The notes under the pieces are model-generated. The model saw only the letters and a program-made list of their open reading frames with translations, had not been told where the DNA came from and searched no databases. From contig NW_015164664.1 of assembly GCF_001447785.1 (NCBI RefSeq), forward strand, positions 124,001-188,000: DNA of 64,000 nt, written 5' to 3'. Shown in pieces: positions 37,347 through 49,923 of the stretch. Position 1 is the stretch's first letter, and every line of letters begins with the position of its first letter. The translations under genes were made by a program, and so were the position numbers. Source of the DNA: Gekko japonicus. Lineage: Eukaryota.

Positions 37347-37899
37347 CATAAAACGAGCAATAAGAACAAGTATTTTAAATAGGAATCTTGTGGCTTTTAT
37401 TGTAGCATAAGCTTTCATGGACTAGAAGTGTGCATGCACATCGTCAGATGCATTACGATTCCATAAATTATGTTTATCATACAATAAAATACTTGCTATT
37501 CTTTTAAAGACTCCTGTTTATTTTGGCTACAACACACTAACAGCACAATCCCATTCGGAGTTACTCCAGTCTACTGACTTCAACGGATTTAGAGCAGTGT
37601 AACTGTACATACGACTACTCTATAACGCACTTTGCCAGCTGGAATATTTTTAAGACACATAAAAACAGCAGGTCCACCAACAAAAAAAATCAGGTCCATC
37701 AACAGTAAAAGGAGACCTTTAAAAAAAAACAAAAAAAACTCAGGTACATGCAGAACAATGAAAACCGGTTTTCTAAAGACCAGGGAAGTATTCTCTCTCA
37801 CACACGCAAAATTCAGTTCAGTATCGCCTTGAACCAGTCCTCTCTTCCAAAGAAATCTCTTTTACACTTTCTTCCAGCACTGCAAGGTACAAAAGCCCA

Positions 37900-38720
37900 T
37901 ATTCCTTCGCCCAATCATTCAGACGCCGAGCAGAAGAAACACCCCCCACTCTCCTACGGGTCACCGAAAAACAAGGCTGCGCACGCGCAGCAAATGTAAC
38001 GCCTTGAGGCGTCTCCGTGGATACGTCCGCCAATTATGCAAGTCGTTTCGAGAATAGCCCTTACCGTACAGAGTTCAGAAGGAAAGTGGCACATGCCCGG
38101 AAACATGGATACCATCCTTTCTTTCCGCAATAGAACGGGCGATAGCGTCGAACGATACACGTTCCGAGCATGAACTGCTTAAACCCCGTGCAGTGGATAA
38201 AACAATCTCGTTTGCTTCATACAGGCAACACTTTTGCTTTATACAGATTGTGGGGCGAAGTGGCCAACTACCCAGGGCCCTGAATTCCGCCTATCGTTAT
38301 GCAGGGCGGAGGCGGCGACGCGCCTTTCCACGCACGTTCCGGGGCGGCGCTATGTATTGCGGCGCTAGGGGAGAAGAGAGTGGCGGTTCCGCTGAGGCGG
38401 TTCTGAGTGTGAGAAAGACCGTCATCGTCCCTCGCAGCGCCCGCTATGTCTGAGGCGGCGGTGGCCGATACGCGGCGCCTCAACTCGAAGCCGCAGGATT
38501 TGACGGACGCCTACGGGCCACCCAGCAACTTCCTAGAGATCGATATCTTCAACCCGCAGACCGTGGGCGTCGGTCGGGCCCGCTACACCAGCTATGAGCT
38601 CCGCATGAGAGTGCGTGAGGGGGGCTGGGGGCGCAGAGGGCGGAGCTACAGGGCGTAAGGGGCGTGGCCTCACTTGCCTTGGCAGGAGGAAGTGGGTTGG
38701 GGTGGAGGGCGTTTCTGCAT
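37900..38720 (+). promoter_or_regulatory. SNX12 CpG-island promoter
   Basis: CpG-rich; GC boxes (gggcgg), ETS-like ccggaa and NRF1-like gcgcacgcgca upstream of ATG 38446. Confidence 0.7.
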
Positions 38721-41700
38721 GTTCTTCCTGGTTGGAAACAACACCTTGCAGTTAGAAAGTTAGCACAACAGGGAGAGTGCTTACCGAACTAGCGTTCTAC
38801 GTTTGGTGACCTTTTTTTTAAGCCTAGTTCCAAAATGTTGCCGTTTGCCTGACCCTCTGAAGTAGTGCAGGCCATTTTACTTTCTCAGTATTTTGCCACT
38901 TCATTCTCACCTTTCCTGCATGTGTGAATGATTTTTAGATTCTCCCTTCATGCCACACACAGATGCCCTAGTATTTAAAAAAGGGGTATGGGGGTAGTTG
39001 CTCTAATGGAGAGGCTTTATAAAGTGTTGCGGCTTGGAGCCTTCCCATATTTCTTACCTTTCCCTATATTTGTGAATGTGTAAGGAGCTCTGCTGGGATC
39101 ATTTATTATCATCTGCCATACTGCTTGTCTCCCATCATTGTACTTGGTGCAGTGTAGATAGGGTTTCCCATATGGCTTTCCATCCCACCATTGACCAGAC
39201 TCACACCTGCTTGGTTTGGCAAAGTGGTTTATCATATACCTTTCATTGGTACACATGACAATTTTAGAGTAGCAAAAGCAAATGGTGCCTTGGCTGAGGT
39301 GTTTCTTGTATATACTGCGGGGGGAGTACATGTATACATGATGGACAGACATTATTCTAGGGCTTAATTATAGCTGAGGATGAAAACTAAGGAGTGTTAA
39401 ACTAAGTTTCTCAGAGAAGAGTTTTGACTTAAAAAAAAACAAAAACAGAGTCTTATCTTCTAAATTCAGGGCCAACAGCTTATCTTGGATAGTCACAAAG
39501 TAGCTTTAAGTCCCCTTAATGTTCTCTCTTGCTATGAGAAGACTGGAATTAGAAATTCTCTTGAGCTTGGCAGAAGAATTCTTTGTTTCCCTCTTCTATA
39601 AAGGAGGAGAATGGACAACTGTACAGTGGGATAGATGCATAGTAGTTCCACAACAATGCTGGCTCAGGGCCTGGTACTGGTCTTGCTCATACTGCTGGTT
39701 GGATAACTGCAGAATGTCTTATGGCGAAGGTTCTTTCCACAAAAAGCCACTCAATCTTTGACCCACAGATTCTGGTTGAGTTTCCAACAGATGTGATAGC
39801 TGTTTGTTTGCTAGAAGTATAAATCTCTCCCTTGTGTGTTCAGGGCTAGGGTACCAAGAATTTAGGGGACAACTGATAAACTTTAAACTTGTGCAGAATA
39901 CGTAATTTGTGTGGAACTCAAGAGGTCCACACACTCTGGCCAGGCATAGTAGTCAGTTGTTTCTAGTAGCCAATGAGACACTGCATTCTGCTTTGTAGAG
40001 GCAAAGTATGTCCCTTCGGTACCTACTGCCCAGCAAATGGACTTTGTAGAGAAAACAGCAGTTGGCCCATGGAGAGCATTTGTGGCAATCACCCTACTCC
40101 CGTCCGAGGTGATCATGATGCAGCCTGGTGCAGTTTTGAAAGAGGCACTTCTGCCTTTCTGTTCCTACAGTATTTTTAAACACTTGTTACTCATGGTGAT
40201 GTATACTGTTTGTTTGTATTTCTATCCTGCCTTTCTACAATGTAACTAGTACTGAAGGCAGGTAACACAATGTGAAAACAGTGTAATAAACCTAATGCCT
40301 ATAAAATAGGTCACAACAAAGCTCACAGTAACCCCAAATAACAAAACAGAGCATCAGAAACTCCAAAAACTTATCCACACCCAGATTATCCTCTGCAGTG
40401 GGGAAAGGGATCTTGACAAGATGCTTAGAGGCAAGGACTTGGGTGAGCAAGCTAGGCTTCTATGAGCAGAGTTCAAGAGTCTGTTTCTTTAGTGATTACA
40501 GTAACTGCCCTGTGCATTAAGGCATGACCTGAACAGAAGATATAAGATAATGGGGGAAGATATAAGATAATGGAGGAAGCCCCTCTGTTACTCTGGCCCA
40601 CGGCTTTTAGAGATTTAAATCGTCCCCCATCACTCTAAATCAGGTCCAGAAAAAGACTGCAAGCCAGTGAAGATGATTAACTTTGGAATTATGTTCCCCA
40701 TAGTGGGCTCTTGTTAATAATTCTGCTGCTATATTCTGTACCAACTGCAATTTCAGAATCCCTTCAAAAAGCAACCCTTTGGAGACTGTGCAAAATAAAT
40801 CTAATCTGGATTTCACAAGGCGTGTATTGTCATATCTGACACACACAAGCTTTTTCTGCTGGTTGCCAAAACTACATTTAAGGCGATAACAGTATCTGTG
40901 GATCCCAGATACTGATAACTTAGCCCTGCTCTTATCCTTTGTAAAACACATAGCCAGAAAGACTTGGAAATTAAATTTTTAATATGTCTGTGTGTTTTGC
41001 TCTTGGTGCCTGCTCTGTGATCCTTTGTGCCAAGGAACACAGTAAATGTGCCACTTGAGTATAGAGCTAAAGGAATCATTTGTAAAGCAGCTGCTGAGTG
41101 ATATGTGTCTTCTTCCAGACAAATCTGCCCATTTTCAAACTGAAAGAGTCCTGTGTGAGACGACGATATAGTGACTTTGAGTGGCTGAAGAATGAGTTGG
41201 AGCGTGACAGTAAGGTGAGTGCGAAGGAGAGAGCATCCACTCTGTGTAGCCCCTGACCTTAACTAGAGTAGATGCCAATGAGTCTCCTCCCATCTGCCAC
41301 AGGAATACTCTTTTCCATCAGTCAAGCTGTACTCTTGAGGAGTTAAGATTCTGCTCTCCTGTTAAGTATTCTTTCTGCTTCCAGATTGTAGTGCCTCCAC
41401 TGCCTGGCAAAGCCTTGAAACGCCAGCTTCCATTCCGAGGAGATGAGGGCATCTTTGAGGAGTCTTTCATAGAAGAAAGAAGACAGGGCTTAGAACAGTT
41501 CATAAACAAGTAAGATTGATTTTGGTATTCATTTTTGAAGGAATAGGTTGGGTGCTAAGTCTCACAGCGCAGCCAACGTGTGCATCATCACTTCTTTGCT
41601 AGTGGGAGTGGCCATGGCAGAGCTGACTATAAATATTTATCTTGTAACCAAAGGGTGTATGTTAATGAGGACTGATGCTGTTTTGTAGAGATTGGCAGAA

Positions 41701-42129
41701 GCTTGACTTTAAAAAAAAAAGTTCCCTTCCATTCCCACTGGTGCCAGAATTTAGGGCATATCAAGGGTTGCCATGGCAATGCCCCTTCCCTAATCTCTGA
41801 ATTCATGCTATACTGAGCAGCCTGTAGAGTCTGAGGCATTTCTTCTTTTTTCATGGAAGTTGGGGGAGATGCAGGATTCTGACCATGCTGTGTGAAGTCC
41901 AAGATGAGACTTTGTCCCTCCCCAAGTCTCTGTGCTTGTCAAAAAGTCTTGGGATTGACAAGGTCAGGGACAACCACAAGTGATGACCTGCTGAAATCTA
42001 ACCACTTTCTTGATTGTTCCTGGCAGAATCGCTGGACACCCGTTGGCACAAAATGAGCGCTGCTTACATATGTTCCTGCAAGAAGAGACCATCGATAGAA
42101 ATTATGTCCCAGGGAAAGTTCGCCAGTAG
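38446..42129 (+). CDS. SNX12: Sorting nexin 12 (PX domain, 162 aa)
   Basis: Exons 38446-38610, 41119-41214, 41385-41509, 42027-42129: [37 protein letters not shown]...[107 protein letters not shown]. Confidence 0.97.
40430..40830 (-). mobile_element. Old L2-like LINE fragment
   Basis: SRLDLFC...[15 protein letters not shown]...HLHWL resembles the L2 ORF2 motif SRLDYCN...LQLVQNAAARLL. Confidence 0.6.
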
Positions 42130-42617
42130 GAGAGTCTGGCATTCTCCATTTCTTTCTCTCTCCCCCCTGCAAAAATGACATTTATTTTTACAATGTCCCT
42201 TCTGAACCAGCTTTTTCTCTCTGAATCTCCCCACTTGTCCAGTGTTGCCTGCCATGCTGTCCCATTCCACCCCCTTATCAGGCAGCAGTGTTTGGTTCCA
42301 TTGGTCTTTGGTCTCTACATTAAAGGTGAGAATCTGCACCTATTGCTTGTTGAACGTGAGCCAAGAACTAGTGTAAGGTATTGCAGCATGCATCAGATCT
42401 TCCTGTCTCCCTTGTGCAAAGATGTGGGGAGCTAGACATCTGTCCCCCTCTCCATGCAGCCACAGACCTCTGTTGGTGAGTAACTGATCCTGGAACTCCT
42501 CCCCCAGCTGTTGTGGGTGTTCTTTGCCCTTTTGGGTAATGTTCATCCCAGAATCAAGCTTGGCACCAGAAAGTAACAAGTGTCTTCCCTGCCTGCAGAT
42601 CAGACGGACCTTGAAAG

Positions 42618-42642
42618 NNNNNNNNNNNNNNNNNNNNNNNNN
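42618..42642. other. Assembly gap (25 N)
   Basis: Run of n in the SNX12 3' region. Confidence 1.
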
Positions 42643-44481
42643 GAATGTCTTTAGCTTTGAATCTCTGAAGTCAAGGGGAAAATTTTTATCCAAGGCATCG
42701 GGCATATTGTTAAAAGCCACTGCTTCCCGTAGTAGGGAGACACCCTCCTCCCGTCTCCAGTTGTGATTGGCCTTGATGCCAGAATCCTGCTGGGTAAATA
42801 AGGCAGCTGATTTCTTAGGCAACTTGACTTTAAAGCCTGCAGAGCAGTGTTTCTGCAAGGACTGCCAAGCTAGAGGCATAGTAAGCAGCCAAAGCTGAAG
42901 TATGTTCAACATACAGACTCTGTCATCGTTAGGTGTCTTCAGTTACATTTGTTTGCCTCCATCTGTGGCTACAATGTTAACTTCACTATTTATTATTCAT
43001 TAGGAATGTATATTAGAAGGCCCTGCAGTTGCTCTTCAAGTCATATAAGGAGCCTCTTCAAAGGGCCCCTTTAACTCTAGATGTTGTCTAGATGGGGGGG
43101 GGGGGAGTTACAGACTTCAAAAGTTGTGTATCTTCTGCCTCTTCCACTACTTGGCATGGGGAAAACATCAGAGGACAGATACCTTTGTACAAAACTGTGT
43201 ATATGCTTGGGTGGGAGGAGGGGAGAGAGACAGGAGTAGCTCACTATCTAATGTATGAGGGTAAGCAGAAAAGAATCTCCTCTGGGCTGCCACAGAAAAC
43301 ACTAGGAAAAAACTGCCCAAGCACAGGGCAAACCTGTTTGTTGCTGGAGAGGTGCTATCTGTTGTGGAACCTTGCTAACTTTTCTGTTTGAAGCAGCCTG
43401 CTGCTTCCTCCTGGATCAGCATTAGCTAAGGGTTTTTTGAACCCTTCATTGGTGCACAAAGCTGAAGATCCAAGGCTGTTACTGCTGTGCATATATTCTG
43501 ATGTGGGGCTTATAATTCAGCAAACTGTCTTTGGTTTACTGTCTAATGTAATGTCCAAGATTTGTTCATATTAAACCACTGTGAAGCCAATATGTGTCCG
43601 TGTAAAGTCGCCTGCTTTAAATGTCTATGGATAGACCTTAGTGAAGTCAAAGCATCCTAGGGGTTGTATCATCTCCTTTCCATTCCACTCCCACAATAAC
43701 TGTGGAATGCCAGGGAGCATTGTAAAGGGTATCTAAGGCTGAAATCTTAACCTAATTTAGGTGGGAAGAAGCTCCATTGTATTCAGTAGGCTTTATGCTT
43801 GAATAAGTATGCACAGGATTGGACTTTGTGCTCTCATGATAGAGTGCTTGATTATGGGAGAACCATAAGGAAAGTCACTGCTGCTCTGACATTTACAAAT
43901 ATAAATGCCTGCTTAACCTAGAATACCTACTTTGGGATTTAATTGTAAAAGCAATTTAAATCTTAATACTTTAAAAACACATTAATGGCAACAATGTTTT
44001 GTGTCAGGCTGTTCTAGAACAGCCTATCGTTCCTTAAGGTAGACTGGCAGTGTAGACTTTATCCTTGTCTTGAAAGGGCATGTGTTCAATACAGCTATAG
44101 TGTTCCAAGTGACTCCTAAATTAATAGGCTCTGAGTCGCTGGTATTTGGTTTAACAAACATTGTAATTAGCAAGGGAGATGAACCCCATAAATAATATGC
44201 CCTGTTGTCTCATGTTTCTCTTGCTTTGCCTCCTACTTTCATGTTGCTGAGGAAAAACTTAATGGTAATGGAGTGAAATGCTAATTGCTGATAGAACTAA
44301 ATCTGGGACTTGATGCCAGAGCTCAGCTGTGGGCCATGTAATTAGGAGATGTCTGTGAAGAAGGGAGAGAAGGCAAGCGGTATAGCTTCTAGGTAGATGT
44401 GGGCCCTGGCATCCTTTTAGAAACCAACTACTGATCTTTATCAGTTCATTTGACTTTTTTCATCCTCCATGAGTGAGCTCA

Positions 44482-44696
44482 GGGCAATGTAATGGCTCAA
44501 GTGGTTAAGACGCTGAACTGCAGGCTGTGGAAGGTTGGTAGTTCAGCAGTTCGAGACCCGGGTGCCACATGACGGAGTGAGCTCCCGTCTCTAGTTCCAG
44601 CTCCTGCCAACCAGCAGTTCAAAAGCAAGAAATTGCAAGTAGATAAATAGGTGTTTAGTCATGCTGGCCACATGACCATGGAAACGTCTTCGGACA
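44482..44696 (+). mobile_element. Sauria SINE, internally deleted and 3'-truncated
   Basis: Aligns to the 10822 copy; internal deletion at a ggt microhomology. Confidence 0.8.
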
Positions 44697-44699
44697 TGT

Positions 44700-47300
44700 C
44701 AGGACTTTAAATTTCATTTAGCTGCTTTCATGAAAACCACCTTTGATCTGACTTTCCTAGCTGCTAATGCAAAAAGTGCCACCTTGTTAGAAACAAAGGA
44801 GTCTACATCTGACAGCAAAAATATTAATTTATGTCAGAAAAATTGCATAGTTGATCTGTAAAGAATTTACTTCTGATTTCACAATGCTCCCTCTAAGCTG
44901 TGGAGTCTTGTGAGCAAAAATTCTACTTTGTGAGCTGCTGGCATTAAAGTTGTGAGCAAGCAATTTGGCTACTGCATAAATTGGTTTGCTCTGGAGCCAT
45001 CCTTCTCGAGCTAAGACAAAAATGTGTGAGCCAGAGGCAAAAAACTGTGAGTCAGCTCACACTAACTCAGCTTAGAGGGAACACAGGTTTCTAGTACAAT
45101 GGGCAGACCATAACATAATGAAAAAGATCTTCCACAGAATTTCTGCAAACACAGATTTCCTGTGGAATTTTTAGGTATCGTCTAGTGAGTAGTTCTGTTG
45201 GCATAGCCTGAAAGTGTAACGTTGTAAACACTATTCTAAGATTACATGCAGTAATGTCTGCTGAATATGAATCTCTTAAATGGTCTTTATGGCTTTTACC
45301 ATGGAACAGATTTTGCCTGGACAATTGTGGTCAGTTAAGGCATCCCCATTGTACACCTAGTCCCTGATGGTCAAAGTAAATCGTCTGGGACTGTATAGCA
45401 AAAAATAATATTGTTTAAAAAGTCAGAGTGACTTTTTTCCTTACTTAGTAACAAACAAAAGCTTGTTTTACTAAGTGATTCAGTTTTTGACAGGTGATAT
45501 TTCTTCAATGATTTTAAAACTGCCACATGGGCACGAGCTCTAATTGATGGGATACTAAGTTCTGCCCACAGTAGAGCTGCTGGCGACCGCTTTGGCAGTG
45601 CCAAAATGTGTCTCAGAAAAAGGTTTGGAATTACCTCCAGACTAGTGAGTGAGTGTTCCTTCCAGCCCTTGAGTTCAGTGCCATATAATAGATGGGAGAT
45701 AACTTTGCTGAGGAAGAGTTTAGAGGCCGGATCTATTAGGAAACCTCCCTTGGTGTAGTAGAACCTGATTATCACTCCAATGATCTTAGTTGCTGCGGGT
45801 TTTATGGAGGCCAAATGGGCGTTCCAGTTTAGGGTTTCACTAAAAATTAGGCTTAAATATGTATAGATTTTACACTGTTCTAATGGGGTACCATGTATAC
45901 TCCAAGAGAACTTTTTGGGCCTCTTCCAGAAAACTACTACTTTAGTTTTAGTATAATTGATGGAAAGTTTCTCTTCTGTACAGTAATCCCCCAGGGCATC
46001 AAAATTCCTCTTTAAACCGATTCTGGTTAGGGAGAATAGGACTATATTGTCCGCGTACAATAACATTGAAATTTTCTGTTGGCCTATCATGGGAGAACAA
46101 ATTCAGATAATCTTGGCACAATATCGTTTATATATAAGTTAAAGATTAAAGTGGCCAATATGCAATTCTGTTTAACTCCCTTACCCATCGCAATTTCACT
46201 ACTCAAAGAACCTGAGGTACCCACTCTGATCTTTGTGTATGTATCAGAATGCAACTCTTGTATAAGGGACAATAGTCTTTTATCAATATTGATCTTTTCC
46301 AATTTATCCCAAAGTTGATCTCTGTCAAACGAATCAAAAGCAGTGGCCAAATTGACAGTTTGTATATAGAGCTTTAGTTGGTCCGCTCATAGTTGAATGG
46401 GCCACATAGTACAAAGTTTGACAGTAATCAATTGTCCCACTCCTCCAGTTTTTGCAGAAGATATTTCCCATAGAATTTTGAAGCCGTGTCAAGAAGACTT
46501 ATCGGGCGGTAATTTTTTGGGTTCGTTTTGTCCCTTTTTTATGGATGGGAACTACAATACCAGTTTTCCATCGTACTGGAAATATACCTGAATTATTTAT
46601 CTAAGCAGTTTAGCTAATATAGGGGTCCACCACCTGGGAAATGTTTGTATCAAATATGAAGGAATCAAGTCCTCTCCAGGGGATTTGCCAGAAGCCAAAG
46701 TTGTAATAAAGGTTTCCATTTCGGACTCTTGTCACTGGGGCTCACTTTGATAACAATTACATTTCAGGAGCAGAAGCCCAATCCCGTTTATGCCAGCTTT
46801 AACATAGAAGGGTTGGATTCATAAGCTTTAGAAAAATGCTCAAACCAGATGTTTCCATTTATCTGAGCATCCAAAATTTGAGGTGGTCTTCCTAAACTAG
46901 ATGAAACTAGCTCCCAAAAAACAGGATTCTTTTCTTTCAGAAGCAGCCAAAGCCAATTCGTATTTGGGGTAGGCTTTTAAAAAAATTATTTAAACAGGCT
47001 CTTTTACGGGGATCTGAGAATATTTAGTTGCTGGAGTTTACAGGCCTCCTTACTTTGCCAAGTTAACCTCATTTGTTTAGTTACTCTTTTTTAAATTTCT
47101 GCATTCTTGAGTTGAATCATCCATTCAAAGAAAAAGATGGAAGTTTTAAGGGTCTGTTATTAATAAGCAGTGGTTTAATAACTTGCACAATCTTATCACA
47201 TTGTTGGATAGTATTCTCATCCAATTGGAGTAAAGCTTGTCACCTGTTCTTTAAATCAGGACTGTCCAAAGCTGACACTACTGTTGCCATGCAGTCCTAG
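44700..47300 (-). mobile_element. Degraded non-LTR retrotransposon ORF2 (RT plus C-terminal CCHC; RTE-X-like, clade uncertain)
   Basis: Frameshifted pieces: AFDSFDRDQLW...GVKQNCILATLIFNLYIND (46087-46350), LLYADNIVLFS...INYTKTKVVVF (45371-46090), CVC...EDLFHYVMVCPLY (45091-45324). Confidence 0.85.
44882..45086 (-). mobile_element. hAT-type MITE, family copy 3, nested in the LINE
   Basis: Near-identical to 26039-26244; TSD not clear. Confidence 0.85.
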
Positions 47301-48325
47301 GGAAAGCACCTTAAGGCTGTCTAAACTGCATAAATGGCATATATTTCAGGTAGTGCCACAGGGACACCAAATTGTTGCAAAGCCATGAGAAAATTTTCAA
47401 ATACCCCCCACTGCTGACTGGGGGTGGGGAGAGTCTTCAGACCTTGATAGCAAATCCCCAAATCTGCTGTTTGTTACAGTCTTAAATTTGAGGGGGGGTT
47501 GCATGCTCAATTAGATGGTGCTGTGCACAAAATGGACTGCAAGCTGCACTAAGCATTCATGGAATAAAGTAGCACAACACATCCACTCTCAGTTCAGCAC
47601 AAACTGGAGTATGTGGCCCCCTTGTAAAGCAGAAAAAGGGAATAAAAAACCATGGTATCCCTTCTGTTAACAAAGCTGGAGTTTAATATTGAGGGGATGA
47701 ATTAATCTCTGGGTGTGTGAACAGAAGGGCTGGCATTTTTCTTCTATTATCTCTCCCTTACAAGGGACTTGTGTGTTCCTGTTTGGGTAAAGCGAAATCT
47801 GAACAGCTATTCGCTTTTATATTTTGGGAGTAACTTTTAAAAAATTATTCTAACAGTCTTTGCTTCATCTGGATTTTTTAAAAATATCCTCTTAAATGTG
47901 TAACATCCTATATTTCCATATATAATCTTGATCAGAACCACATGTTCCCCTCCCCGTCCTTTGTAGTCATTGAACTAACTTGATGAGTTGTGTAGAAGTT
48001 AAGTACTTATTAATGTGACATTTTGGGTGATCCAAGTGGGTATTATCCAAGTGCTTTCCTGGTGTCTCTTGCTGATCTTTCAGCAGGCAGTTATAATATT
48101 GGGGATGCCAGTATCCTCTTAAACTGTTCAGCATTACAGCTGATATTTAGCCCACTGCTTTTGAAATAATGGCCTTTCTGCCTTCCCAATTACAGTATAC
48201 AAACTCTAAAAGTCTTGTAAATATTAACATTTATCGTGGTGTAAGCTTTAGAAAACTAGAGCCTGATTAATGTGGTGCATTAAGGGGGGGGGGGGTTTGC
48301 CATTCCTGAACAACTGATCTTCAAA

Positions 48326-48841
48326 GGCCACAGGCACACGGGCAGGAAAATGTGGGGGAGGAGCGTGGCTGTTTGCCCCCGGGGAAAATAATGTGTGGTT
48401 GCGCCAGCAGACCTACCGTGGAGGTCCCGTGGTGGTAGTGGGGGTGCCGCGGCACAAACACCACAATCCTGCGGCGCGGCAAAGAAGCAGCACGGCAAAT
48501 GGGTGTTTTTTTTCTTCCGGACACCAAAGTGTGCACATGCCCCGTTGGGTGCTCATGCGCATCCCATGGACAGTTGGGGGAGGGGGAAACCTTTATACGA
48601 GGGGGCATGGGTGGGCGCCGGAACTACCACCGGAAACGCGATCAGACGCCCACCCTTGCCCCGCGGTTACTGGAAACTAGTACTTCCGAGGTACTAGTTT
48701 TTAACAGCGCATCTTTGGCGGGAAGCCTCGGGTTCGCCACGGGAGCTCTACGCTTTCCAGATGTGGCGGTGAGATCACGCCCGGAAAATCCGCCTATCTT
48801 CCTTCTCTCTAGCGTGCCTAATGCTCCGTGTGACTGCAGCC
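48326..48841. mobile_element. PIF/Harbinger-type MITE, longer relative
   Basis: Imperfect TIRs ggccacaggcacacgg / ccgtgtgactgcagcc; AAA on both flanks; shared palindrome 48676-48698. Confidence 0.65.
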
Positions 48842-49230
48842 AAAGGACAGCTCATCCGGAGCTGGCTGAAATAGTATTCTGAAGAAGCTTGTTACTATCC
48901 TATTAGGGTCTACAATGCCGATTGAATTAATTAAGGGTTAGATTATAAATACTGAATCAGTCAAGATTGTTGGCAGCTACTGCTGTTATAAATAGTCAGA
49001 GTGCTTGCATACGTTGAGTTTTTCCAATTCTACAGCACCATCACAGGGTATTTCTCCTTCATTTCAGGGATGTCTCGTCTTGTAGTTTACATTTTCTCCC
49101 CCCTCCACCACCACCTTTGTATATAATCTGCCAGTTGAGGAACTGATTGTGGGGTCTATTCCAGAGGCATCCACCATAAACACGTGTGTTAAAGTACCGA
49201 TAAGGGCGCTCACAGGTCTGCTAAGTAATC

Positions 49231-49490
49231 TGTGGCCTGGTCACACAGGCCGGATATCGCAGGGGAGGCGTGGCTAATTGCCCCGGTGCAGCCGGGGGCA
49301 CACCACCGGTCCTTCCCTCGGCGCTGGCGGGTAAACGAGGGGAATGCCCCACACCGAGCATCAGGAGGCAGCCCATGGCAAACGTTTACTAGTACCTTGG
49401 AGGTACTAGTTTTTCAAGGCGCATTGTGGTGGTAAGCCACGGGTGCGCTCCACTTCCCAGATGTTGGGGTGTGCCCGTGTGACCGGGCGC
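49231..49490 (-). mobile_element. PIF/Harbinger-type MITE, inverted and partly deleted relative of 36625-36967
   Basis: Reverse complement aligns to the 36625 element; palindrome at 49388-49410. Confidence 0.75.
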
Positions 49491-49669
49491 CTCTCTGGCG
49501 CAGTCTTGCAGCTTCCCTCAACTCCTTTATTTCCGTCAACTGTCTGCTCTGCTGAGCAAGTCCGGGCAGCCCGCCCCACCACATTGAAAGCTCCAGAGCT
49601 CCTCCCCACCATAGACAAAAAGAAACTCCAGCTCCTATTGCCTAGAGAAGAAGGAAGGGGAAATTATCA

Positions 49670-49923
49670 AAGGCCCCGGATCAACTGACCTCTCTCCCAA
49701 CCCCGGGCGGAGCGGTCGGCACGTGATCAGCCTTTCGGCCGGCTCCACGATGCCAGTTGGAGAAAAGCTGGAAGAGACGCATTCGAGCCATCTGATAGGT
49801 GGACACTCACCCAATGGAGAGCAGGCGCGGAATGCGAGCGCGAGAGAAAGGCTGTTGCGTCCCGAGCTGACCCAGGGCCTCTGAGGCGCCTGAGGGAGGA
49901 GTAGCTCTACTTTTCTGGCCGTT
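49670..49923 (+). promoter_or_regulatory. CpG-island promoter of the uncharacterised gene
   Basis: GC box 49705-49710, E-box CACGTG 49720-49725, CCAAT 49811-49815, E2F-like ggcgcggaa near 49824. Confidence 0.6.

Noticed and set aside
40536-40575. Short tandem duplications (also about 12545-12600, 23670-23690, 30413-30450, 36263-36297, 62380-62415) as an array or CRISPR-like structure
   Set aside because: Two-unit slippage duplications with no repeat-spacer organisation; eukaryotic DNA.
42340-42912. 190-aa minus-strand ORF
   Set aside because: Spans the N gap, is antisense to the SNX12 3' UTR and has no recognisable motif.
45371-46090. 239-aa ORF as a functional reverse transcriptase or domesticated gene
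   Set aside because: Catalytic YADD is mutated to YADN and the neighbouring pieces are frameshifted; it is a dead LINE.
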